A DNA stretch of 64,000 nucleotides, taken from the NCBI GenBank assembly GCA_008632985.1, contig QPGO01000040.1:377719-441718 (forward strand), written 5' to 3'. The first letter of the stretch is position 1; each line of letters opens with the position of its first letter. The notes below the pieces were generated by a model. It was not told the DNA's origin and made no database searches. It saw only the letters and a list, made by a program, of their open reading frames with translations. Positions 47,492 through 58,360 of the stretch are shown here, one piece after another. The DNA comes from Psammoneis japonica (Eukaryota). Both the position numbers and the translations under genes were made by a program.

Positions 47492-48001
47492 CTATACCAG
47501 GCCGATTCCTTTTACCTCTTGCTCCGCCTCAGTTTTGCTCTCTGTCTCGTCATGAGGTAAGTTTCTCAAATAGCTAATGATAGTAAGAAACAACCAAAGA
47601 GTGCTTGCGCCTAAAGCAAACCCCGTCAATAACCCAAAGTATACGAACTCTGGGCTGCCCGAATGGCCGTTGTACCAGCAGTTTCCGTCAAGTGGGTAAA
47701 AGTGCCACGTGTATCTTCCACTGGGTGAATTTTGAACAGACCTGGAGCACAGCGTGGCCAATAGGAGGTACATGCCAAAGAAGCTCACGGCAAATAAACA
47801 CACCACGACTTGATAGAGTGGACGACCCCAGAGCGTCCGTCGGTAGTATGGCTCCTGGCTGTCTTGTGAAGGGACAAACGAATCTGCGTTAGTTGCCGAA
47901 ACGCATCCCGCGCAGCAGCCCATCGGGCAAGATATGCAAGTACAACAACACAATCCCATGGTTCGTTTGAGTGGCTGCGGTTGTTGTTCTCGTTTTGACA
48001 A
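47492..48001 (-). CDS. Small two-TM membrane protein with Cys-rich N-terminus, tandem copy A
   Basis: Paralog of 48400-48963; two hydrophobic segments; C-terminus GIGLV. Confidence 0.65.
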   Translation of the reverse strand: MSKREQQPQPLKRTMGLCCCTCISCPMGCCAGCVSATNADSFVPSQDSQEPYYRRTLWGRPLYQVVVCLFAVSFFGMYLLLATLCSRSVQNSPSGRYTWHFYPLDGNCWYNGHSGSPEFVYFGLLTGFALGASTLWLFLTIISYLRNLPHDETESKTEAEQEVKGIGLV

Positions 48002-48399
48002 CTCTTGTGTATCTTGACACCCGCTTGAGTCGTGAATTGCGCACTATCCTGTTTTGCTTCGCGCACTCTCGACTCCTCTCGAGAAATGCAAGAGTCCAAC
48101 CTTGAAGCACAATGACATTAACAAGGAACGATTTCTTCATAGTAACAGCAGCATCATGTCCCATGCGTGTCGTGTGATTCCGAAATCTCAAATCAAGACT
48201 ACGGATTCAACCTCGAAAAATAGCTGTATACATATTATTAGAATCTAGCCCCAGGACGCAGCTCCTAGCTATAGCGAATACGAGCAAAAAGGGATCTGGG
48301 ATGGACAACCTCCTGCCCTCTAAAGTATCTCTTAATTGATGTGTAAATAATAATGCATTATACAAGGTTGGATCTGTCGTCACTAGAAGGTAACGCGAT

Positions 48400-48963
48400 C
48401 TATACCAGGCCGATTCCTTCTTCCTCTTGGCCCACCTCAGCTTTGCTCTCTGTCTCATCATGAGGTAAGTTTCTCAAATAGCTAACGATGACAAGAAACA
48501 ACCAAAGAGTGCTTGCGCTTAAAGCAGCCACCGTCAATGACCCAAACTCTTCGTGGGAGTTGCCGTCGAGTGGGTAAAAGAACCACGTGTATTTTCCACT
48601 GGGTGAATTTTGAACAGACCTGGAGCACAGCGCGGCCAATGGGAGGTACATACCAAAGAAGCTCACGGCAAATAAGCACAACACGACTTGATAAAGTGGA
48701 CGACCCCACAGCGTCCGTCGTCGGTAGCATGGCTCCTGGAAGTCTTGTGAAGTGACAATTGCATCTGCGTTAGCTGCAAAAGCGCATGCCATGCAGCAGC
48801 CGCAAGATATGCAAGTACAATCATAACAACACAATAGCAATGCCAGCATGGTTCGTTTGTGTGCCTGCGGTTGTTGTTCTCGTTTTGACAACTTCACCTT
48901 ATCTTTGATCTTGACACCCGCTTGAGTCGTGAATTGGGCGCTATCCTGTTTGGCTTCGCGCAC
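48400..48963 (-). CDS. Small two-TM membrane protein with Cys-rich N-terminus, tandem copy B
   Basis: Shares RRTLWGRPLYQVV, LCSRSVQNSPSG, SYLRNLPHDETESK with copy A; flanks also duplicated; true start uncertain. Confidence 0.65.
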   Translation of the reverse strand: MREAKQDSAQFTTQAGVKIKDKVKLSKREQQPQAHKRTMLALLLCCYDCTCISCGCCMACAFAANADAIVTSQDFQEPCYRRRTLWGRPLYQVVLCLFAVSFFGMYLPLAALCSRSVQNSPSGKYTWFFYPLDGNSHEEFGSLTVAALSASTLWLFLVIVSYLRNLPHDETESKAEVGQEEEGIGLV

Positions 48964-49365
48964 TCTCGACTCCCTCTCGACAGGTAGTCGAGGTCATCAT
49001 CCATCAGGTCCATCAGCCGCCCTCAACGTCGATTAAAACCAACCTTCAACGGTCGAGAGTCTAACCTCGAAGCACAGTGGTATTCACAGGAACGATATCC
49101 TCATAGCAACAGCATCATCATGTCCCATGCGTGTTGGGTGTTGGGTGTTGGGCGCGATGATTCGATTCCTTCAGCTGTGTGCGGATTTGAAAGACAGTTT
49201 CATAGTTTTCGCGCTTTATTTTCTGGCGCGCGATGACGTACGTGATGAGTAGTCTAATTGACCAAAATAAAAGATCTGGATGACATGAACTGGAACGCTT
49301 CCTCATCATCTTGCCGGTAAATCACCCCATCGCTCCCGACCGGAGTCTAAGCATAGGCACTGACC

Positions 49366-50391
49366 ATGATCTACAGTCGATTGATAGCTTCAGTGGTGTT
49401 GCTGATTTCATTTTCTGCGGTAGAATCTTTCCAGGCGCGGAAACCTGCTCCAGCGAGAAGTCACTCGATCTCATCACCGTCATCACGTCGTGTGCCTTTA
49501 TGCTGGACGCAACAAAACGACGACGACGAGAAACCACCGAGTGATACAAAGCGCTCAATTGGACGTCGTTCGTTTGTTGGCGGGCTTTCGTTCATACTTT
49601 CTCTGAATCCTCAAACGGCTCTAGCTGGAATTGACGTAAGTGGTTTGCAGGTCGAAGGAAGAGGGTCTGGCAACAGTGTGATTGCCAATCAGCTCAAGGC
49701 CTATGATGGATCTGCAGCCAGTCGCGTGCAAGAAATTAAACGTCAGGCTCCTTCTGCTGGAAATGCTGCAAAAAGTGTTGCTACTACTACCGTCAGCAAG
49801 CCAGCTGATCCAAATGCCGCTACGAACGCAATGAGATACACAGAGCCACGGATATCCAGAGCAGGTATCCTTACAAGTCGTTATGAAGGACAAATTGTAG
49901 GTCCATCATCGAGACCTCTCTTTGTGTCGTTTGAATTTCCTTCAGACTGGCTGCAGCTTGATAAGTTCGTTGGTGGAGTACAGTACGTTGATCAACGAAA
50001 TGGAGACAAGTTGTACTTGCTCAGAGCGTCTCTGCCACAAAATGTCACTTTGGAGACGGTCCCAAAGCAGTGGTTCGGTGATGTCATTTTCAACCAAAAT
50101 GGAAGCTTTGTCAAGCAGGTTGGAAATGAAGTGGATGAGTACAAGGTGTCAAAGAGTCAAGTCACCACTGTTGCTGGCGGCGCGCCACATCGCCGTGTCT
50201 TGCTCAAGTTTTTCACAGTAACGGGTAACGGACTCCGAGTAGAACGAAGAGGACTTGTGGACGCCTATCAAGTGGACAATGATGTTTACATGCTCGTCAC
50301 GAGCTCAAACGCTAACAAATTTGAAGCCAAGGGCAAGGAGAGAGAAACAGTGGACTCTATTGTGAACTCGTTTCGTGTTGAGCGCCAATAG
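49366..50391 (+). CDS. PsbP-like thylakoid lumen protein
   Basis: Signal peptide ending VES-F (ASAFAP-type), transit peptide, twin-Arg RRSF + hydrophobic + ALA lumen signal, FEFPSDW, C-terminal IVNSFRV. Confidence 0.8.
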   Translation: MIYSRLIASVVLLISFSAVESFQARKPAPARSHSISSPSSRRVPLCWTQQNDDDEKPPSDTKRSIGRRSFVGGLSFILSLNPQTALAGIDVSGLQVEGRGSGNSVIANQLKAYDGSAASRVQEIKRQAPSAGNAAKSVATTTVSKPADPNAATNAMRYTEPRISRAGILTSRYEGQIVGPSSRPLFVSFEFPSDWLQLDKFVGGVQYVDQRNGDKLYLLRASLPQNVTLETVPKQWFGDVIFNQNGSFVKQVGNEVDEYKVSKSQVTTVAGGAPHRRVLLKFFTVTGNGLRVERRGLVDAYQVDNDVYMLVTSSNANKFEAKGKERETVDSIVNSFRVERQ

Positions 50392-50513
50392 AAGAATGTT
50401 GGAATTCACATCACGCCCCAAAAGGGGGTGCCATCTATATCAGCTACATGCACGCTATATGGTAAGCTACAGTCAAATAGACGCACTAAGAATCCTAAAT
50501 ATGGTTTGGAAAG

Positions 50514-51275
50514 CTAACATTCCCCAGGCTCACAGTAATCACAGGAATCAGTGAAGCCCAGAGCGAGACGTTGTTCACAGATCGACTGGGCTCCGCAGTA
50601 AGCGCACCCGGAACTGCCAGACCATCCTCCGCCACTGCCGCCGCCACCACCGCCACCACCACTTCCGCCAAGACCGGTGTAGCCAGAGCACATCAACTGC
50701 GTCGAAACTGCATACCTCGCGGAAGTCACACAAGTGCTACTGCCCTGCACACTGTACAGTTCGTAGTCTTTGACTGTCGCGTCGCAACTTGAACTGACTC
50801 CGCGTCTGGCCCATACGTTTTCGCCAAAGGTTTCGTGCCGGTCAACAATCTCGGGAACAACTCGTGTCCTGAGGTAATTTGAAAACTGGCTGTACGTAGC
50901 ACACCCAGTCCTCATTTGCAAAGTGCCATAAGAAATGTAAGGTTCGTCCATGCATGTGGTTGTGCCATACGTGGTATAGCACCCAACAGAATCGGCATAA
51001 AACAGCTCGCGATCCTCGTGGTCTTCCAACGAATGAAGGCAATCAGACGCCCACGTCTTCACGTGTTCCTCGCCGTTGTCTTCAGGGTCTGACTCGATCT
51101 CAGCGATCTCAACGTTCGTGTTGTTTTCTTTATGGATCGACTTGTTGGTGAGGGCCACAACGAACGAGGCGATCGCAAAAGCGAGCGCGAGTGTACTTGT
51201 ACACTTGCTGTACCAGTCACCTCTTTTCGATGCCAGGGCCTCAGGCTGCCCGCTCGAAGTGTGCCGTAGTGCCAT
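50514..51275 (-). CDS. Hypothetical single-TM Cys-containing protein with Gly-rich linker
   Basis: 253-aa ORF, hydrophobic segment LALAFAIASFVVAL, poly-Gly, Cys-rich tail. Confidence 0.65.
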   Translation of the reverse strand: MALRHTSSGQPEALASKRGDWYSKCTSTLALAFAIASFVVALTNKSIHKENNTNVEIAEIESDPEDNGEEHVKTWASDCLHSLEDHEDRELFYADSVGCYTTYGTTTCMDEPYISYGTLQMRTGCATYSQFSNYLRTRVVPEIVDRHETFGENVWARRGVSSSCDATVKDYELYSVQGSSTCVTSARYAVSTQLMCSGYTGLGGSGGGGGGGGSGGGWSGSSGCAYCGAQSICEQRLALGFTDSCDYCEPGEC

Positions 51276-51461
51276 CTATCCGTCTGTCTGTCTACATACG
51301 AACTCAAGAACCGAACATTCTTCAATGTCCTGTTAAGTGTCTCAATGACTTATCGCTCCTATGAGAACGTTCTGGTTTCTAAGAAGAATTCTTGTTGTGT
51401 GTCTTAATAGAGTGTTCTTACCGACCCGTACGGGACCCTTTTTTCCGGGTCTCTTTTTGTA

Positions 51462-51501
51462 TGACGTCATCGTGCGAATATAATAGCGCCACCTGACGTC
51501 A
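51462..51501. promoter_or_regulatory. Two TGACGTCA (CRE-like bZIP) palindromes in the transposon left end
   Basis: tgacgtca at 51462-51469 and 51494-51501; the same 8-mer lies upstream of genes at 2478-2485 and 4265-4272. Confidence 0.4.
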
Positions 51502-51785
51502 CCGCACCTGTAAGTCGCCATGAGAACCCGTAGAAAACGCCATGTCTTACAGCTACAGGGGGGAAACATAACCTGCTGTATCTGTAAGCGGAATGATTTC
51601 CGCTCGTACAAATTCTACGTGATTTCCCCGTGCACCGTCGCTTGCGGGTCGAATCAGAACTCCGAAGAAATGATGTGTGAGAAGCAAATCCCGTGACACC
51701 TCTCTCGCGACAAAAAACACACATCAACGCATTCTCACGATGCTCTAGTCATAACAAGTCATAGCATCCATGCAACACATCTGTC

Positions 51786-52844
51786 ATGCCTGGTGGACAG
51801 CCACAGAGTCACAAGTTGTCATGGGCATTGAAAGAGTTGAAAAAGAAGGAGAGATCTGGCGGCTCCGGTGGCGCTGACGGGGAAAAAAATGCGAGCGGTG
51901 CTGGTGGCATTTCTGCGCTCGATGTTGACAGGCCAGCCCCGCATTTGACCATGGATGGAAAAGAATCAACTCTTGTGGAAATGACAAATCTCCCAATCGA
52001 TCTTACGGAGGATGAAAAAGTTGACATCATCAACAAGGAGAAGGGAGTCACGAAAAAGCCGAAGCTTCCAAACTTGCTGGCTCCTGAGAACGAGGCCTTG
52101 TTGCGTGATCTGCTGCAAATCACACAAGCAGCAAAGGCAAATCAGCATGTCAAGCACACATCCAAAAATGCAACCACATCTTCAATCTGGCAGCCAATCA
52201 TGGACGAGTTCTGTGACCCACCTGACGGCCCTGCACGTGGCTGCGCCAAGCCAGATGGTGAGCATGCGGCGCGCACCTTCAAAGAAAAGTGCTGGAGTGT
52301 CATGAAATCATTGGCGAATTTTGCCAAACAGAAGAAGGAAGAGGATTGCTCCCCGTGTGAGGTGTCTGCATTGTTCATGTGGAACGAGCAGCAGGAACCA
52401 GTCAACAAAGACAAAGAGACCAAGTCGGAAGCAATGGCCTTGCAGAAGGAGAGGGCAGCTGCAAATGCTTCATGTGAAGCAAAGCCAAAGCTTGAGCCCC
52501 CACCTCCATTCACAAAGAAGCGCCCAGTCCCAAGTGCAGCTGTCAATCCATCTGAGAGGCCTGATGGAAAAGTGCCGGGGGAGCCGAGGTCAAAGGACCG
52601 TGTGCTGGATTTGGAAAAAACTCAAGACAAGGCAGACGAAGTCTTGAGCGGCATCAAAGCTTTTTTGCCATCCAAGGAAGAGATTGGAGAACTCAACAAG
52701 CGCAAGAAGAGGAAGCTTCAGCTTGATGCAATGGCGTCTGTGGCAACAATGATCACGCAGGGCAGGGATGCGGGTCTCGACGTTTCAAGGTTTGAAAAGC
52801 ATTTCAAGCACCTGCAAGACGAGTTCTTCGAAGACCAAGCTTGA
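51786..52844 (+). CDS. Transposon accessory ORF (putative Myb/SANT-like DNA-binding partner), hypermutated
   Basis: 352-aa open frame inside the TIRs, convergent with the transposase; W-containing helical region and coiled coil; contains no Tyr. Confidence 0.65.
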   Translation: MPGGQPQSHKLSWALKELKKKERSGGSGGADGEKNASGAGGISALDVDRPAPHLTMDGKESTLVEMTNLPIDLTEDEKVDIINKEKGVTKKPKLPNLLAPENEALLRDLLQITQAAKANQHVKHTSKNATTSSIWQPIMDEFCDPPDGPARGCAKPDGEHAARTFKEKCWSVMKSLANFAKQKKEEDCSPCEVSALFMWNEQQEPVNKDKETKSEAMALQKERAAANASCEAKPKLEPPPPFTKKRPVPSAAVNPSERPDGKVPGEPRSKDRVLDLEKTQDKADEVLSGIKAFLPSKEEIGELNKRKKRKLQLDAMASVATMITQGRDAGLDVSRFEKHFKHLQDEFFEDQA

Positions 52845-52954
52845 AAGAGATGAGGCTTTGCTTGGCACAAATTAGGACACATGTTGCATGTCGCCACAAC
52901 AACTTCAGAGCCATTTAGAAAAAAATCTGTGGCCTCTCACAGTGCATGCTAAGC

Positions 52955-54048
52955 ATGACGACCCCGCAAAGTTGCGCGCCAAATTCCCAGTGCGTTAAAA
53001 TGAGCCAGGCGTTGCTCCAGAAGCAATGGGAATTTTGCAACAACAAACAGTGTTAACGTCATCTAAAGAACGAGAGCTTTCTAAATGGTGTCTTTTTCAT
53101 TTCCATGCCCCCATCAGATCCGAATCGGCGTCGAGACATCCAGACGACCCCGCAGTTGCACGCCAAAATCCTGGTGCGTTTTGCTCAAACAGGCGTGGCT
53201 TTAAAAGCACTTGGAATTGTGGGACAATCAATGGCAGCAACATTGTCTACAGAACAAGAGCTTTCTAATGGTGTCTTTTTTATTTCTGTGCCCCTGTCAG
53301 ATCCGAATCAGCGTTGAGATGTCCAGACGACCCCGCAGTTGCGCGCCAAAATCCTGGTGCGTTTTGCTTAAATGGGCGTGGCTTTAGAAGTGCTTAGAAT
53401 TGTGGGACAATCAACGGCAGTAACATTATTTACAGAACGAGAGCTTTCTAATGGTGTCTTTTTTATTTCTATGCCCCCATCAGATCCGAATCGGCATTGA
53501 GATATCCAGACGACCCCGCAGTTGCGCGCCAAAATCCTGGTGCGTTTTGCTGAAATAGGCGTGGCTTTAAAAGTACTTAGAATTATGGGACAATCAATGG
53601 CAGCAACATTATCTACAGAACAAGAGCTTTCTAATGGTGTCTTTTTTATTTCCACACCCCTGTCAGATCCGAATCAGCGTTGAGATGTCCAGACGACCCC
53701 GCAGTTGCGCGCCAAAATCCTGGCACGTTTTGCTTAAATGGGCGTGGCTTTAAAAGCACTTAGAATTGTGGGACAATCAATGGCAGTAACATTATCTACA
53801 GAACGAGAGCTTTCTAATGGTGTCTTTTTTATTTCCACACCCCTGTCAGATCCGAATCAGCGTTGAGATGTCCAGACGACCCCGCAGTTGCTCGCCAAAA
53901 TCCTGGTGCGTTTTGCTGAAATAGGCGTGGCTTTAGAAGTACTTAGAATTATGGGACAATCAATGTCAGCAACATTTTCTACAGAACAAGAGCTTTCTAA
54001 TGGTGTCTTTTTTATTTCCACACCCCAATCAGATCCGAATCGGCGTCG
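52955..54048. repeat. 183-bp tandem array, ~6 units, inside the transposon
   Basis: cagacgaccccgcagttgc at 53141, 53324, 53507, 53690, 53873 (exact 183-bp period) plus a degenerate unit at ~52957. Confidence 0.97.
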
Positions 54049-54141
54049 TTCAGGAAATAGAAGCGCTAAGAGTTTCGCAACAATGCATGACATAAAGATA
54101 AAAGAAGCTACATTCTATGCTGAGTTTGTAATAACACAGAT

Positions 54142-55775
54142 CTAATGTAAATTTAAGTAGTTTTGAATTGATGGTGGATCGACACCAAATGTGCCGATCG
54201 CACCAATCTGGTTGTGGTTGAAGCACGTGTAACAATTTGTGAGCAAGAAAGACACGCGAAGCTGCTCACAAGCATGCGGTGTTTCACAGCACAGCTTGAA
54301 AGGACAAAACGTCCTACAAATTCGAAAGACATTGGATGCAATGCCACAGCTCCACTCTACCGTGATGCGCACTGCCTTGAGCCGATAATTTTCGAGCACC
54401 TGAATGGGCGTGAGTGGAGCTAGCCCGTTGTGGCCGGGGTGATGCGCGTGAATGACGCATTGTTGTTGAGCAAATCCCCGGTCCGTGTGCACAGCATGCA
54501 CCATGCCATTTGGAAAGTAGCCTTGCTGAACATCCAGCAAGTGTTGGTTCACGGCTGACAAGTGCTGCAAATCGGTGTCAGCTCTGGCAAACTCGAATGA
54601 CACAAAGAGCAATGAGAGTGTGATGAGCAGCCACGTTTTACAGGAAATGCAAAGCACATCGGCAGTGCACAACTGTGTGCTTGCCTGCGAGCTGAAGTGG
54701 GACCCCACATGATGCTCAAGCCGTTTGGAAAAGTTGTTGCAAGCATCTTTGTGCCGTGAATGTGCTTGCACCCCGTGTGCACCGATCGCTGAATGTTGTC
54801 TGCGTCAGGGCGACGCGGTGCATCTGCCCAGTCCTCAACTGGCCCTGTCCCTGGAGCATTTGTTTCAAATGTTGAACAATCCACAAAGCCAAAAATGTTG
54901 AATTCCCCTGGTGGACAAACAAGACCGGGGACGTTGCACACTTGAGCAGCATCCGGGTCAGTCCAAGCAGCCTGTTGCTTCAGTTTTTGCTCCATTGCTC
55001 TTGCAAACAAGGGAAAGTCATCAATCCACCTTTCAAGACCTTGTTGCCCAAGCACAGGAGCATGTCTGTCATCAAGATACATCAAAAACCACCGGCATCC
55101 ATACGACCACCGAGTCAAATCCCTGCCTCCAAAGCACTTGTCCACCAACACGGTGTTGTCGAGTCCAAGTGCCACCTCAGTCAAGGAAAACAAAAACAAT
55201 TCCTCACCAGTGAATTGGCAATGATGCCCATGAGCACATGGCACAAGAACCAAATCGGGCAGGTCAAACAAAACATGCAATTGTCGCAACTGATCCACAT
55301 TAAATCGTGTCGTCCGCTCGGCGCAGTTGTCAGAGCATTCATCAATTCGTCGGTTGTGAGGCAAGACAAAATCAGCAGCACGATGCTCTTCCTCGCATGT
55401 CATGTCACCAATTGCTGCATTGCAATCTGCCCAAATGTGAGCCACATGATGACATGCAAAAATGCCACCCAATGTGTGCGCAAGAGCAACGCCAAACGGA
55501 TCGCCCGCATTGCCAACTTGTTCTGGATCCAACAAATGACCATTGTCCTGGTTGAAAACATCAATTCTGGACACAATTGAAAGCAGAGTGAGAATTGCAG
55601 ACCATTGAATGAGTGATTGAACAGAACGCGTCCAGAACACCTCTGTTCTCCTCAGCACTGACACTCCTCGAGCGTTGAGAGACCCATCCCTCATGTTTCT
55701 GTTGGTGAGCCGCCGTGGCAATTTGCGGCGGTGTCCATGGTGAAATGGACGTGGTTGTCTTGGCATGATGTACAT
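54142..55775 (-). pseudogene. Harbinger-type DDE transposase (DDE_Tnp_4-like), hypermutated, frameshifted near 54680
   Basis: IFGFVDCS (D), QRSVHTGCKHIHG..FPNG..WGPTSARR, HTDRGF (D), VRITVEW (E), LLTNCYTCFN. Confidence 0.88.
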
Positions 55776-57949
55776 CAAGAGTGCAACAATGACACGACTG
55801 CAAAAGTGTTTCTTTACCTTGGTGGACGAGAACCCGCAACCCCATCGTCAAAGCATCAAAGCCGCACCCGCACAGGTTGAGCTGATCGGCTGCAGCACCG
55901 GGCAGGCGAATCGTGATTGAGTCGAGTGGTGAAACACGAACGGATCAGAACCCGAGACCCATGACCCGCACGGGTCGGCAAGAACACTCCAATTGCAAGA
56001 CTTCCAGTGCATGCCACACGTGTGTCCTACGAGGACCCTTGATGAGAGCCTTGAGAAGTGGTTCTAAAGCTCTCCTCCAATCTGGCTCATGATTCGTCTG
56101 TGAACCCAATTTGCTGCGAGCACATCTCGTCTGTCAAACTGTCAACTGCTGTGTCAACTGTCACTTGGCGCCACATTGGGCAAAGTGAGCTCGTCGTGAT
56201 CTCCTTTGTTGATCATGGCCAAGGATCCCTCTCGAAGGCACGAATTGCAGTGCCAGTCCTCTGGGGATCGCGGACAAGCCCAATGCTTGCACCGTGCACC
56301 GGCTGATGTTTTCTGAGCAATGAGTTGGAGGCACGGTTGGAAGGTCTGTGCAGGAAATCGATGGGTGGCAAAAGCTTGGCACAGAAATCATGTTGCCATC
56401 CTGATTCGCGAATGCCCTGGTGCAAAAATCGTGTGGGATCCACACGATGCACGAATCGAGCTGAGGCATGATGCACGAATCATCGAGCTTTCGTTTGCTG
56501 ACGCATGAACATTGCTGGTGTGCTGGCACATGGCAGGAAGATGCCGTCATGCAAGAAACGCTGATTCGCAAATGACCTCTCAAATGACCTCTCCACTGAC
56601 AACCACATGACCCAAGAGAATGGAAGTCCTCTTGCCTCTTGTTGCACAGCCGAGCCTCAGGGTGTGGCCTCCAACCACCATGGCTGTTTTGGGGGTCAGA
56701 GAGCTGTGCACAGCCCCGGCGTGCAGCGCAGCTGGCACAGCACCGGCTGTTTTCTTTGGCCAGGGGTTGGGGCTGAGATTGCAAAAAGATGAAAACATCT
56801 TCTCCACAAAAAGGGAGTCTCCAGACCTTGGGCAGACTGGGCCTCAAAAGAGTCTTTTGGACAAGTGCAGCCGCTGGTGGGTGGTGCCCAGAAGCAAAAC
56901 CAGGGGTGCTTTGCGGGAAGAGATTGCCCCCCCTCCCCAGCCCCAGGACTTGCCATGTGGCACCCAGCACAAGCACCAGCTCAGATGTGAGAGTGTGGGC
57001 AGTGTGCCAGCAGCAGCCAGGAGGTTGGAGTTTAAAGGAAACAATTGACAGGGCATGTGCAAGACCATCTCAAGAAGCTGGCGCCAGCTTGTCAATGAGA
57101 GGATGTGCTTGGGGGTGACTCAGCCCAAAGGCACAGCAGCTGAAAAGCACAGGTGCTTTTGTGAGCCATGTTTTTCTCCCAGCAGCAATGTTCCTGCACA
57201 AATGGACTGCTTTGACATTTTGCAGCAAAAGGCCCCACCGCCAAGAAAAAAGGAGATTGCGGTCACTGCGCACTCTCTCAAATCTGCCAAGAAAGATCTG
57301 AGGCCATCTGTGGCATGTGGACAAATGAGGCTTTGTCAGAAAAATTTCATGCACCCGCCTGCAGCAATTTTTCTGTGAATTGGCTTGAGACATGCTCTGC
57401 CTGGAAGAGCTGCCATTTCTGCAGTGCACAAATGTGGTGCTCTGCCTCTCCTCATTTGGAAGCCAAAAGCAGGCAAATTGGGGGGGAGTGGGCCTGCCAG
57501 AGACTGCATGGAAAAGACAGTTGCCAAGGCAAATTTGACTGCTGTGTGATCCTGGAGGCAGAGCTTGTCTGCCACATGATTTGCGGCTCTCATGGCAGGC
57601 AGAGGGCTGTGCTGTGGCTGCCATGGGTGGATTGCAGGTTCATCACATGTGGCTTCTGACCTGGCAGCAGTCCAGACCACTGCTCCAAGCATTCCCCAAC
57701 TTTGCCAAAGCATGTCTGTCATTGGGTGGTCACCCACCTTGTGAGTTCTCAGCTGGGCCTTGTGCTCAGCACCTCCTCAAGAACTTTGGGAGCAGGGAGA
57801 GCAAGTCAGCAGCAAGACAAGATTGGCACTCTGGGCTCATTGTGGCTCAACCATCAGCGACCCTCACTGTTCCCACCTTCACTCAACCTTGCAAAGGACA
57901 CAGCCACTTGTCACTGGAAAACCCACTTGTGCAGACCAGATCTTGATGA

Positions 57950-58360
57950 TCATGGTGATTTTGACCCAGAGGATGCACCAGCACTGTCCCACCACTCTGA
58001 CAGCAGGTGTGCTGGGGTGGTGGACCAAGCTCGCAGCTGAGCTCTTTCCGCAAGCAAGTTGTGTGGCTGGAGAAGAGTGCATCATGGAAAAAACAGTTGA
58101 TGCTCATGTTTGCTCCACATGCTGTTCAAAACTGCAACCTCCTTTGCAGAGCCTGCAGAGAGTGCAAGAGGCACCAAGTCACTTGCAGAGAAGCATGTGT
58201 GCCAAGCCAACACAGCGTGATCCTTCTTTTGTGCAGTTGAGGCTCCTCCAGATGAGGCATCTCCAGGACTCCATCCAAGTGTGACCTGGGTTAAAGGCCA
58301 CCAGCCAGGACAGGATGATGCCACACCTTTGGAAGCTCTGCCTCTCAAAGCTGTGGAAAA
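57950..58360 (+). mobile_element. Non-LTR retrotransposon RNase H relic
   Basis: VTWVKGHQ..QDDATPLEALPLKA resembles the WVKGHQD...L...A motif of LINE RNase H; upstream LSHHSDS resembles (Y)xDS. Confidence 0.5.

Larger units (their letters stand above)
51409..55990. mobile_element. Complete PIF/Harbinger-superfamily (PHIS) DNA transposon, 4582 bp
   Basis: 26-bp TIRs 51409-51434 (agagtgttcttaccgacccgtacggg) and 55965-55990 (23/26 match); AAT TSD at 51406-51408 and 55991-55993; two convergent ORFs. Confidence 0.92.

Noticed and set aside
52955..54048. 183-bp array or the 44-bp array (466-684) as CRISPR
   Set aside because: Whole units repeat with no unique spacers, there are no cas genes, and the context is eukaryotic.
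51786..55775. Alternative genetic code or codon reassignment explaining Tyr-free ORFs
   Set aside because: TA loss affects all frames, both strands and non-coding TIRs, and flanking genes use the standard code.
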